Part shown: piece by piece, positions 7,705 through 17,403 of the stretch
Layout of the letters: the number at the start of each line of letters is the position of its first letter
Numbering within the stretch: position 1 is the first letter of the stretch
DNA from: Fidelibacterota bacterium
GTDB taxonomy: Bacteria; Fidelibacterota; Marinisomatia; Marinisomatales; Marinisomataceae
DNA: 33,511 nt
Direction of reading: 5' to 3'
NCBI GenBank assembly: GCA_036163585.1
Contig: JAYZKH010000001.1
Location: 1 to 33,511 of the forward strand
Position numbers and translations under genes: made by a program
Notes under the pieces: generated by a model
The model's input: the letters and a program-made list of their open reading frames with translations, nothing else
The model's database searches: none
What the model was told of the DNA's origin: nothing

Positions 7705-9537
7705 ATGGGAATCATTACAAATATGCGCACCCAAATGCAGGTAGTTATGTGGGCTATCCTTATTCTCTTTATTGCTAGTATGGCAGTTGGAGGTTTAGTT
7801 GGTGGTGCAAGTGTTGTCGATATATTCGGCCAAAACTCTTCTAATAATGTTGGATCATTAAATGGAAAGCCAATCCTATATGATGATTTTAATAGGTTGG
7901 TGTTTGATGAAATTTCTCGTATTGAAAAACAGTCAGGCGAAAATATGACTGATGCGGATAGAGAATATGTTCGAGCTGTAGTTTGGGAAAGACTAATCCA
8001 AGACCTATTGATTCAAGAACAAATAGAACAAAATAAAATCTTGGTTTCAGATAGTGAGGTATTATATCAACTCAAGAATAATCCTCCTCCTTTCTTACAA
8101 AGTAGCCCTGTATTTAGAACTGATGGACAATTTGATTTAGAAAAATATATGGAAGCTGTAACAAATCCAGGAGAATTGGATTGGCATCCTATTGAAGATT
8201 TTATGCAAAATATCTATTTACCAAATTACAAACTGCAACAGTTAATTATTAATGCTGCATCAACATCTGATCAAGATGTTGTTGATAGTTATAGACAAAG
8301 ATTCATTAATTATAGTCTTGAAGTTCTTCATATAACAGATAAAACACTGAACGAAGATAGCACATTAGAACCATCTGAAGAAGAATTAATGAAGATTTAT
8401 AATGAGAATATCGATGACTATGAAGAACCAGAAATGCGTTATATGAAATATGTTAAATGGCCTATTGTTTCTGAGTATAGCGATTCACTTCGAGTCAAAT
8501 TAGAAATGACAACTTTAATAGATCGTATCAATGAAGGTGAATCATTCACTGATTTAGCAAATGCTTATACCGAAGATCCAGGAAATAGTGCAAATCCAGA
8601 CTCTCTGAATGGTGGAAAGCTTGGATGGTTCAATAAAGGACAAATGGTAAAAGAATTTGAAGAAGCAGCCTTCAGCGGTGAAAAAGGCGAAGTAGTTGGT
8701 CCTATTCTAACTCAATTTGGATATCATATTATTAAGATTAATGATAAGAAAATTTCTCAAGAAGGCGAAGAACAAGTTAACGCATCACATATACTTTTAA
8801 GAATCTTCCCAGGAAAAGATACAGAAAATAGATTACGTAATCTATCAAGTATATTTTCCTTAGAATCAAAAGAATATGGATTCTTTGATTTAGCAGACTC
8901 ACTAGGAATGGAAATTCATAGTGCAAGCGGTGTTCAGGAAAAATCAATATTTATAGATGATATTGGGGTGGCAAGAAACGCTGTAAGATTCGCTTTCAAC
9001 AGTGAAATTGGTGAAGTGTCAGATTATATAGAGAATGATGATTATTTTCTTGTTTGTTATCTAGATGAAATATCGGACAAAAAAACAATGTCTTTTGCAA
9101 GTGTAAAAGAAAGTTTAATAGAAGAATCAACTAGAAATATAAAAGATGAGAAAATTAAAAAAATTGCTGATGGTATTGTAACAGAAAATTTAGATTTACT
9201 AAAACTTTCCGAAGAAAATCCAAATCTCGAATATGTAAAAGAAACAACTGGGAATCTCATTGGTAGCTTTGAATCAATAGGAAAGAGCAATTATATTGCA
9301 GGTGCTCTAATTAATGCTGAAAAAGGTGATTTATTAGGTCCATTGCCAACACTTCGTGGACAAGCTTTTGTCAAAGTCTTAGAAATAGACGAATTAAATG
9401 AAGAAGATTACGATGAAAAGAAAGAGTCATTAAAATTTAGCTTAATTATACAAAGACAAAATCTTATATGGAGCAATTGGCTACAAGGGTTGCGAGATGA
9501 CTCTGAGATTGAAGATAATAGATTTGATTTCTATTAA
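7705..9537 (+). CDS. PpiD/SurA-type periplasmic chaperone, parvulin peptidyl-prolyl isomerase
   Basis: N-terminal membrane anchor, SurA-N-like helical region and rotamase motif GGKLGWFNKGQMVKEFEEAAF...GPILTQFGYHIIK. Confidence 0.9.
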   Translation: MGIITNMRTQMQVVMWAILILFIASMAVGGLVGGASVVDIFGQNSSNNVGSLNGKPILYDDFNRLVFDEISRIEKQSGENMTDADREYVRAVVWERLIQDLLIQEQIEQNKILVSDSEVLYQLKNNPPPFLQSSPVFRTDGQFDLEKYMEAVTNPGELDWHPIEDFMQNIYLPNYKLQQLIINAASTSDQDVVDSYRQRFINYSLEVLHITDKTLNEDSTLEPSEEELMKIYNENIDDYEEPEMRYMKYVKWPIVSEYSDSLRVKLEMTTLIDRINEGESFTDLANAYTEDPGNSANPDSLNGGKLGWFNKGQMVKEFEEAAFSGEKGEVVGPILTQFGYHIIKINDKKISQEGEEQVNASHILLRIFPGKDTENRLRNLSSIFSLESKEYGFFDLADSLGMEIHSASGVQEKSIFIDDIGVARNAVRFAFNSEIGEVSDYIENDDYFLVCYLDEISDKKTMSFASVKESLIEESTRNIKDEKIKKIADGIVTENLDLLKLSEENPNLEYVKETTGNLIGSFESIGKSNYIAGALINAEKGDLLGPLPTLRGQAFVKVLEIDELNEEDYDEKKESLKFSLIIQRQNLIWSNWLQGLRDDSEIEDNRFDFY

Positions 9538-10478
9538 AGCTCTCTAAATACACCAAGTTTATCATATCTTTCTATTCTGGAATGTAAGTAGTCTTTAATA
9601 TTTTTTTCTTTTAATAGATTTATTTCTTCCACTACTGTTTTCTTCAAAATATCAATGGTTTCATCAAAATGACGATGAGCACACCCTGTTGGTTCATAAA
9701 CAACCATATTACATATGTCATGCTGCATCAAATCTTTAGGAGTTAGCCTTAATGCGGCGGCTGCTTCCGGTGCTTTTGAAGAGTCTTGCCATAAAATTGA
9801 TGCACAACCTTCAGGACTAATTACAGAAAACCAAGTATTTTGTAACATTAACATTTTATCGCACAAACCAATGCCTAAAGCTCCGCCGCTTGCACCTTCT
9901 CCGATAACAACTGACAATATAGGAGTTTCAATTGATGCCATTTCCATCAAGTTATTTGCAATTGCATATCCTTGTCCTCTTTCTTCAGCTGCAACTCCAG
10001 GATCAGCACCAGGAGTATCAATTAAAGTAACAATGGGCAAATTAAATTTTTCTGCCATTTTCATTACTCGTAATGCCTTTCTATATCCTTCTGGCTTCAT
10101 CATTCCAAAATTTCTGTGCAAGTTCTCTTTTGTATTTCTACCTTTTTGTTGTCCAATAATTGCTACACGATGGTTATCTATAGTGCCAATTCCAGCTATC
10201 ACTGCTTTATCATCAGAAAATGCTTTATCACCATGCAATTCAATGAAATCATCACACCAATTTGAGATATAGTCCATAGTGTAAGGACGATTAGGATGTC
10301 TTGCTAATTGCACTACTTGCCAAGCATTGAGGTTAGAAAAAATTTCTTTTTCTTTTTCTGCTCTCATATTTCTTAATTGATCTAATTTTTCTGATTCAGA
10401 ATCAATAGAAATTAAATTTTGAATTTCATCATCAAAATCTTTGAGCGATTTTTCAAAGTCTAAATAATATTTTTTCAT
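9534..10478 (-). CDS. accA: Acetyl-CoA carboxylase carboxyltransferase alpha subunit
   Basis: YLDFEK, LARHPNRP, ELHGD, PEGYRKALR, IDTPGA, GEGASGGAL and SVISPEGCASILW. Confidence 0.98.
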   Translation of the reverse strand: MKKYYLDFEKSLKDFDDEIQNLISIDSESEKLDQLRNMRAEKEKEIFSNLNAWQVVQLARHPNRPYTMDYISNWCDDFIELHGDKAFSDDKAVIAGIGTIDNHRVAIIGQQKGRNTKENLHRNFGMMKPEGYRKALRVMKMAEKFNLPIVTLIDTPGADPGVAAEERGQGYAIANNLMEMASIETPILSVVIGEGASGGALGIGLCDKMLMLQNTWFSVISPEGCASILWQDSSKAPEAAAALRLTPKDLMQHDICNMVVYEPTGCAHRHFDETIDILKKTVVEEINLLKEKNIKDYLHSRIERYDKLGVFREL

Positions 10479-11189
10479 CTATCTTTTTAATCTAAATAAT
10501 CTCCAAAAACCAAATAACCATACTTTTAAAATGGCTTCAATTACAACAGATCTATCCATTTTTGATTCTCCAACAGTACGATCAGTAAAAGTTATTGGAT
10601 GTTCTATAATTTTACAATTTTTTTGATATGCACGAAATGCTGTTTCAATTTGAAAACAGTAACCCTGTGAAGAACATTCATTAAAATCAATTGTTCTTAA
10701 TGCATCTGCTCTCCATGCTTTAAACCCGGCAGTCAAATCTCTAACAGGAACACCAGTAATAAGTCTTGCATAAAGATTTGCGAAATAACTGAGATACAAA
10801 CGTCTTATTGGCCAATTGATAACTCTTAGTCCACCATAATATCTACTTCCTATCACAAGATCATTATCCGAAAGCAATGAAAACATAGCAGGAATTTCTT
10901 GAGGATCATGAGACAAATCTGCATCCATCTGTATGATAGAATGATAGCCATTTTCCAATGCCCAACCAAAAGCAAATACATAAGCAGAACCTAATCCATC
11001 TTTTTTAGATCGAATTTTGACAATAACAGAATTTTGATAATTATTTTTTACCAGATCTGCTGTTCCATCAGGAGAATTGTCATCAACAACAAGTATATCA
11101 AATTCAGTATCTAAAGATAAAAGAATATCAATCGTTTTGATGATATTCTTTGCTTCGTTATATGTAGGGAGAATAATTAACTTTTTCAT
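10479..11189 (-). CDS. Polyprenol monophosphomannose synthase-like GT2 glycosyltransferase
   Basis: IILPTYNEA, VVDDNSPDGT, QMDADLSH, DLTAGFK and FTDRTVGESKM. Confidence 0.92.
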   Translation of the reverse strand: MKKLIILPTYNEAKNIIKTIDILLSLDTEFDILVVDDNSPDGTADLVKNNYQNSVIVKIRSKKDGLGSAYVFAFGWALENGYHSIIQMDADLSHDPQEIPAMFSLLSDNDLVIGSRYYGGLRVINWPIRRLYLSYFANLYARLITGVPVRDLTAGFKAWRADALRTIDFNECSSQGYCFQIETAFRAYQKNCKIIEHPITFTDRTVGESKMDRSVVIEAILKVWLFGFWRLFRLKR

Positions 11190-12193
11190 TATTCTACCTT
11201 AATAGTCCTAGCAATAAGATTCATTTGTCTAATATAAAATGCTTTCCTTCCATCTGGATTGAATACTAGATAATTAACATAGAATGTTCTATCTGAATCA
11301 TAATCATAAAATAAGTATCCTTCAAATGGTCCTCCTTTTGCTCCTTCAATAGATTCCCATAATCCTGATATTCTATAGGCAGCATCACCCCTATAGTCAA
11401 CCCAATCAATTGAAGTAAAACTATCATTATATTGAATAGATTTGAAATAATCTTCTGGGAAACTATTTGCTAGCTTTATGGCTTCTTCTTTTGAAAAATA
11501 ATTTCCATCTCGCCAATAAACTGATAGCCATCTGAATGGCATTTCTTGTCCAATCCAAACAAAATTAGATTCATCTTTAATAATTTCCCATCCCCAAGGC
11601 AAATTAATATTCCAACCGTGTTTTCTTAACAAAATAAGTTCTTTTTCTTCTTGATGTTGTGCTTCTATTAAATATTTAGATTGTTTTTTATCAAAGTTTT
11701 CATTGTACTGTTCTTTAATCCATTCACCGTTTTCTATTAAATAATCTTTAATCATTGATGAATCAGAACCGCTTACAATCATAAATAACTGATTTTTAGC
11801 AAATTGATCTCTAGATAAAACAACAGGAGTGCCTTCCAGTGTTTGATTAAATTTTGCTTCTCCAAGCAAATTCTTTACCAGTTTTGTAGCAGGATTCATA
11901 TCAAAATCACCAATAGAAGCAATGATTAAATTTGTTTGAGTTTTTAAAGCATTATAATTAGAAGGATCAGAAAATTTTACCTTATAAAAAGCCTCCGGTT
12001 CTGGTGTTAGTAAGGTGTCGTTAAAAACAGTAGATAAAAGGCTTTTTATTTTATCTCTATCTTCTTTTGCAGCTAATACAATCAAATCATCACTTCCTCC
12101 AACTGAATCTCTTTTTGTTTCACATCCAGAAACAAAAATGAAACAAGCAATTAGTAATATTTTAGCTATTATTTTTTCTTTGAGAATTACCAT
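11189..12193 (-). CDS. DUF4837-like lipoprotein
   Basis: Lipobox FVSGC; TPEPE, GLWE...GGPF and FNP..RK..YIRQ pattern typical of this FCB family. The start may be slightly downstream. Confidence 0.75.
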   Translation of the reverse strand: MVILKEKIIAKILLIACFIFVSGCETKRDSVGGSDDLIVLAAKEDRDKIKSLLSTVFNDTLLTPEPEAFYKVKFSDPSNYNALKTQTNLIIASIGDFDMNPATKLVKNLLGEAKFNQTLEGTPVVLSRDQFAKNQLFMIVSGSDSSMIKDYLIENGEWIKEQYNENFDKKQSKYLIEAQHQEEKELILLRKHGWNINLPWGWEIIKDESNFVWIGQEMPFRWLSVYWRDGNYFSKEEAIKLANSFPEDYFKSIQYNDSFTSIDWVDYRGDAAYRISGLWESIEGAKGGPFEGYLFYDYDSDRTFYVNYLVFNPDGRKAFYIRQMNLIARTIKVE

Positions 12194-12893
12194 ATAAAAA
12201 TATCAGTATTAAAGTTAATATTAAAAAAATTAACATTGGTTCCCATGTTAAAAAAGGATAAGTAACAAATTTATCTCTTGATGTAGGGGGTGAAATATTT
12301 TGAACAGGATCATCTACACTTATATTTGCAGAATACTGTATAGAAGTCAGACCATGTGGATTAAAATAGCTCAATGAAATATCAATCAATTCATCTGATC
12401 TATAGTCATTTAATATTCCTTGTAGAAAAGTTAATCCATTTTGATCACCAACCTCTTCTAAAGGAATATTATTTGCATTAGGAATGAAATCTTCAGATGC
12501 AAAAGGCAATTGAAATGCCATTATCAATGTTTTGATATCGCTTAATGTGTTAAACTGATAATAGAAATCTCTTACCCCAGGAACTTGACTATATTTATCT
12601 AAAAATAAATATATTTTATGTTCACCTTGCTTTTCAATAGAAGATATTGACCGATTATTAACTTTAACTACTTCTTCAAAGAATTCATCGCCTTTAGAAA
12701 CTAGATACAATACGGAGTCAACTTCAGTTGACAAATTGAATATATGTTTTTCAGCGACATTTTTATCAAATCTATACTCTACCATTATTCCTTGGTAATA
12801 GTATTCTGGATAAATTGTAACTGACAAAGTGTCAATTGCAGATTGAGAAAACAGATAACTAAAAAATAAAGTAAAAATAAATCTCTTGTTCAT
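12162..12893 (-). CDS. Hypothetical exported protein with C-terminal membrane anchor
   Basis: 243 aa, N-terminal signal peptide, C-terminal TM with basic tail; GGAG RBS. Confidence 0.75.
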   Translation of the reverse strand: MNKRFIFTLFFSYLFSQSAIDTLSVTIYPEYYYQGIMVEYRFDKNVAEKHIFNLSTEVDSVLYLVSKGDEFFEEVVKVNNRSISSIEKQGEHKIYLFLDKYSQVPGVRDFYYQFNTLSDIKTLIMAFQLPFASEDFIPNANNIPLEEVGDQNGLTFLQGILNDYRSDELIDISLSYFNPHGLTSIQYSANISVDDPVQNISPPTSRDKFVTYPFLTWEPMLIFLILTLILIFLYGNSQRKNNS

Positions 12894-12896
12894 CTC

Positions 12897-13592
12897 CTAA
12901 GTTAATAGAAAAATAACAAATATATCATAAATTGAATGGGTGATTGCTGTGATACCAAAACCTCTCTGAACATATAATACTGCAAGGAAAATACCAGCAA
13001 TAAGTCTAACAGCAAATGCTTCTTGATTAAAAGATTCTATTCCAATAAAATGAAAAAGAGAAAATAAAATTGCTGAAAACAAAATAGCATAGATTTGTGA
13101 AGAAAAATTTCCTAGTCGAAATAAAAATTTCATTGATTGCATAAAAATATAGATTAATAATACTCTGAAAATAATCTCTTCATAAATACCAGCACCAAGA
13201 GATAGGATAATATTGCATAAAAGATCAGTGGAAGAAACATCCATTAAATAAATATTTCCCATAATAAAAAATAGTATAGAGGCATAAAACAATGATTCAA
13301 TAATCATAAAATTGAGGTATTTCATATTAATTTCTAAAGATTTGAATTTCTTTTTTTGATAGAATAAAATACCGATTAAGACCAGAAAAAAAATTGTCGA
13401 ACTAACATATAATATATCAAAATTTGAACTGGAAATTATTTGTTCTATTAAAACATCAGCACCATTTTGAATGTATGTGAATTCAACATTTCTCATCCAA
13501 AACAAACCTAATTCATACATGACAAATACTGGAAACGAAAAAATAAAACTATACCAAGGAGATTTTGATTTTTCTAGATAGTCTTTTATCAT
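12897..13592 (-). CDS. CPBP (Abi/CAAX) family intramembrane metalloprotease
   Basis: GIYEEIIFR, FSLFH and THSIYD motifs in a multi-TM protein. Confidence 0.9.
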   Translation of the reverse strand: MIKDYLEKSKSPWYSFIFSFPVFVMYELGLFWMRNVEFTYIQNGADVLIEQIISSSNFDILYVSSTIFFLVLIGILFYQKKKFKSLEINMKYLNFMIIESLFYASILFFIMGNIYLMDVSSTDLLCNIILSLGAGIYEEIIFRVLLIYIFMQSMKFLFRLGNFSSQIYAILFSAILFSLFHFIGIESFNQEAFAVRLIAGIFLAVLYVQRGFGITAITHSIYDIFVIFLLT

Positions 13593-13593
13593 T

Positions 13594-15375
13594 TTATATT
13601 TTTAAAACAGCTAGCAAAGCTTCTTGAGGAACCTCAACTTTACCAATCATTCTCATTCGTTTCTTCCCTTTCTTTTGCTTTTCAAGAAGCTTTCTTTTTC
13701 TTGTTACATCGCCTCCATAAAGTTTTTCAGTAACATTCTTTCTGAAAGCAGGGATGTTCGTTCTTGCAATTACTCGGGTTCCAATAGATGCCTGAATTGG
13801 AATTTGAATTTGCTGTCTTGGAATAAGTTCTTTTAGTTTTTTACACAATGCTAACCCACGATGATAAGAATCTTTTTTTGAACAAATCATTGATAATGCA
13901 TCTACAGGTTCTTTGTTGATAAGGATATCTAATTTATCCAGCTTACTTTCTTTGTATTCCTTAAATGTATAATCAAAAGAAGCATACCCTTTTGAAGCTG
14001 ATTTAATAGAATCATAAAAATCGAATATTATTTCTCCTAATGGTAAATCATATATCAATTGAACTTTAGAATTTGATAAATAAGATGTTGATTTGTATTT
14101 ACCTCTTCTATCTTGGCAAATTTTCATTACATTGCCGATATATTCTGCTGGAGTTAGTATCTCCGCGACAACAATTGGTTCTGAAATAGATTCTAAAACC
14201 TTAGGTGGAGGCAATAATGCAGGTCTATGCACTTCAACTTGTGTTTTATCCTTCAGATTGGCTAAATATTTTACATTAGGGCTTGTTGTAACAATTGAAA
14301 GGTTGAATTCACGCTCTAATCTTTCTTGAATTATTTCCATATGTAATAAACCTAAGAATCCGCATCTATATCCAAAGCCCAAAGCATCACTTACTTCTGG
14401 TTCAAATAAAAGTGAAGCATCATTGAGCTTTAGCTTCTCAAGTGCTGTACGTAAATCATCATAATCATCTGCATCTGAAGGAAATAATCCTGAGAAAACC
14501 ATCGGCTTAATTTTTTGAAAACCTGGTAAAGCATGAGTGCATGCATTTTTAACAGTAGTAATAGTATCTCCAGGCAAAACATGTTCAATATCTCTGATGT
14601 TTGCTATAACATAGCCAACTTCACCTTCTTCGAGCGATGAAGCCTTTTTTCTATCAATAACAAAATGTCCAACTTCATCAACATCATAATAAGTATCATG
14701 TGAAAAAAATTTAATTTTCATACCAGGTTTAATTGAGCCTTCATAAACACGAACATAAGCAACAACTCCACGATATTTATCAAAAATGGAATCAAAAATT
14801 AGGGCTTTTAATTCATTATTTTCTGAATGGCTTGGACATGGTATTTTTTCAATAATTGTATCCAATATACCTTCAATTCCTTCTCCACTTTTTGCACTTG
14901 CTAATAAGATATCTTCTTCGTCACATCCGGTTAATTCAACAACTTGTTTTTTCACATTTTCTATATCAGAATTAGGAAGATCAATTTTATTTATTATTGG
15001 GATTATTCTAAGATTATTTTCAACTGCTAATAAATAATTTGTAACTGTTTGAGCTTCAACTCCTTGAGCTGCATCAACAATCAATAGTGCACCTTCACTT
15101 GCAGAAAGTGTACGTGAGACTTCATAAGAAAAATCCACATGGCCTGGAGTATCAATTAGGTTAAGTATGTGTTTCTTAAAAGACATTCTAATTGAATGGC
15201 TTTTAATGGTAATTCCTCGCTCTCTTTCAAGTTCCATATTATCGAGAACTTGATCTTTCATCTTTTTTTTGGAAATTGTACCGGTAAACTCTAGCAATCT
15301 ATCTGCAAGGGTAGATTTCCCATGATCAATATGAGCAATAATACAGAAGTTTCGTATGTTTTTAACATCACTCAT
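13594..15375 (-). CDS. lepA: Translation elongation factor 4
   Basis: IIAHIDHGKSTLADR, ERERGITIK, DTPGHVDF, GFLGLLHMEI and YGGDVTRKRKLLEKQKKGK. Confidence 0.99.
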   Translation of the reverse strand: MSDVKNIRNFCIIAHIDHGKSTLADRLLEFTGTISKKKMKDQVLDNMELERERGITIKSHSIRMSFKKHILNLIDTPGHVDFSYEVSRTLSASEGALLIVDAAQGVEAQTVTNYLLAVENNLRIIPIINKIDLPNSDIENVKKQVVELTGCDEEDILLASAKSGEGIEGILDTIIEKIPCPSHSENNELKALIFDSIFDKYRGVVAYVRVYEGSIKPGMKIKFFSHDTYYDVDEVGHFVIDRKKASSLEEGEVGYVIANIRDIEHVLPGDTITTVKNACTHALPGFQKIKPMVFSGLFPSDADDYDDLRTALEKLKLNDASLLFEPEVSDALGFGYRCGFLGLLHMEIIQERLEREFNLSIVTTSPNVKYLANLKDKTQVEVHRPALLPPPKVLESISEPIVVAEILTPAEYIGNVMKICQDRRGKYKSTSYLSNSKVQLIYDLPLGEIIFDFYDSIKSASKGYASFDYTFKEYKESKLDKLDILINKEPVDALSMICSKKDSYHRGLALCKKLKELIPRQQIQIPIQASIGTRVIARTNIPAFRKNVTEKLYGGDVTRKRKLLEKQKKGKKRMRMIGKVEVPQEALLAVLKI

Positions 15376-16960
15376 GAAAATGATTAACTATAGGAAAACG
15401 CCTACCAATACCAAATGCTTTTCTACTTACACGTAATATTGGAGCTGCTTGTCTTCTTTTGAATTCATTTTGATTGATTTTTTTTCTTATGCCATCTTCA
15501 TCTGCAAAGTTCTCATCAAAAGATTCATTATAAATAATTTTATCTACAATTGGACTGATTTTGTCATAATCAAAAGGATCAACTTGATTCTCAGCCAACT
15601 CTGCTGAAGGAACTTTTGTAATCGAGCTTTCAGGAATAACATTGTTTGAATTTTTGTTCTTCCATTTTGAAAGATTATATACATCAGTTTTTGATAAATC
15701 ACCAATTACAGACAATCCTCCACTCATATCACCATAAAGAGTACAATAACCCAAAGCTAATTCTGTTTTATTCCCTGTTGAAAGCACTAAACAACCAAAC
15801 TTATTGGAAAAACCCATCAATATATTCCCTCTTATTCTAGATTGAATATTTTCTTCGGCAACATTCTTATCTAAACCTTCAAAATGAGGCTCAAAAACTT
15901 CTAGATATTTTTCAAAGAGGCCATCAATATCAATAGATTTAAAGTTTGCATTTAAATTCTTTGCTAATAATTCTGCATCAGTTTTACTGTGTTCGCTAGA
16001 AAAACGTGAAGGCATTGATATTAAATACACATTTTCTGGACCAATAGCATCAACTGCTAAACATGCAACAAGTGCTGAGTCGATTCCACCACTTAAACCG
16101 ATTACAGCTTTTTTATGTCCTGTCTTGCGAAAATAATCTTTTATACCCAAACATAATGCTTGGTACATCTCTCCATTTACTTCCTCACTTTGTTCATCAA
16201 TCGAAGATGATGATAAATCTGCAACGACAAGGTCTTCTTCAAAGGATTTTCCTTCTTTAATTAGATTCATATCAGAATTCAAAATTAAAGAATTACCATC
16301 AAAAATTAATTCATCCTGTCCTCCAACAAGATTACAATAAACAAAAGGACAGTTAGCATTAGAAAATTTATTGGCGATTAATTCTTTTCGGATTCTTTTA
16401 CGATTTTTATGATATGGAGAAGAAGAAATATTAACAATAAGGTCTGGATTTAAATCAATAATCTCTTCAGATAATTTTCGATCATAATCATCTTCCCAAA
16501 GATCTTCACAGATTTGAACAACACAATTGATATCATTACCATTAACATTGATATTAAATTGTCCAATATCTGAACCGTTTTCAAAATAACGATCTTCATC
16601 AAAAACATCGTATGTAGGTAAAAGAATCTTATTGTATACTTTTACAATCTCTCCATCTCTACAAATTGCAGCAGAATTGAATAGCTTTCCATCCTTTCTG
16701 TTGACAAAACCAACAATACAGGTTTTAGAGACATTTCTAACAAAATTATTAAGTGTGGATAAATTTTTATCTATAAACTTATCAGATAATAAAAGATCTT
16801 GTGGAGGATAGCCTGTCACTGCCATTTCTGGAAATACTATAAGCTCACAATTTTGTTTAAGAGCTTCATTATAACTATCTAAAATTTTATTATAGTTATA
16901 ATCAAAATCTCCCAATGTAGGATTGATTTGACAAAGACCAATTTTTATTTGTTGAGACAT
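15368..16960 (-). CDS. nadE: Glutamine-dependent NAD+ synthetase
   Basis: Nitrilase domain triad (FPEM, YNKILLPTYDVFDE, ICEDLW) followed by GLSGGIDS, ENIQSRIRG, TGNKTE and PSAEL. Confidence 0.97.
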   Translation of the reverse strand: MSQQIKIGLCQINPTLGDFDYNYNKILDSYNEALKQNCELIVFPEMAVTGYPPQDLLLSDKFIDKNLSTLNNFVRNVSKTCIVGFVNRKDGKLFNSAAICRDGEIVKVYNKILLPTYDVFDEDRYFENGSDIGQFNINVNGNDINCVVQICEDLWEDDYDRKLSEEIIDLNPDLIVNISSSPYHKNRKRIRKELIANKFSNANCPFVYCNLVGGQDELIFDGNSLILNSDMNLIKEGKSFEEDLVVADLSSSSIDEQSEEVNGEMYQALCLGIKDYFRKTGHKKAVIGLSGGIDSALVACLAVDAIGPENVYLISMPSRFSSEHSKTDAELLAKNLNANFKSIDIDGLFEKYLEVFEPHFEGLDKNVAEENIQSRIRGNILMGFSNKFGCLVLSTGNKTELALGYCTLYGDMSGGLSVIGDLSKTDVYNLSKWKNKNSNNVIPESSITKVPSAELAENQVDPFDYDKISPIVDKIIYNESFDENFADEDGIRKKINQNEFKRRQAAPILRVSRKAFGIGRRFPIVNHFHE

Positions 16961-17403
16961 TTTTGGACTTCCTTGATTAATGAGTCAACAGAATCAATTT
17001 GAATAGATCCTGGAATATCCCAGCTATTGTAAGATATCAATTTTTTATCTTGTGCTAATGTGTAAGCTATTTCACTTAATGTACCATAAGCACCTGAAAT
17101 AGCTACACCAACATCACAATTATAGCTTATTAAAGCATTTCTTGTTATATCCATGCCTGTAGAAATAGGAATTGTAAGAAATTCATTCCCAGTTTTAAAG
17201 TCTTTATCCTTTAAGATACCAATGCAAGTCCCATTCTCCATTGATACTCCTTTGGCAATTGCTTCCATTACTCCTTCGCCGCCGCCGCAAAAAACTAGCC
17301 AGTTTTTTTTGGCCATTTTTCTACCAATCTCGACAGTGTCATTATATATAGATTCTGTTATCTTTCTTCCTCCGAAAACAGCAATTCTTCCACTGAATTT
17401 CAT
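16945..17403 (-). CDS. TIGR00725 / LOG-family Rossmann-fold nucleotide-binding protein
   Basis: CGGGEGVMEA, TGMDITRN and GAYGTLSEIA. Confidence 0.88.
   Translation of the reverse strand: MKFSGRIAVFGGRKITESIYNDTVEIGRKMAKKNWLVFCGGGEGVMEAIAKGVSMENGTCIGILKDKDFKTGNEFLTIPISTGMDITRNALISYNCDVGVAISGAYGTLSEIAYTLAQDKKLISYNSWDIPGSIQIDSVDSLIKEVQKCLNK

Noticed and set aside
9715-10272. 185-aa + strand ORF and similar shadow ORFs (e.g. 5376-5690, 19302-19607, 20376-20795, 33123-33434)
   Set aside because: They are antisense to well-supported genes, have no motifs, and are the expected reverse-frame artefacts.
2437-16960. IDO plus nadE as a kynurenine-to-NAD cluster
   Set aside because: They are 11 kb apart on opposite strands, and kynB, kmo, kynU, haaO and nadC are not in the window.
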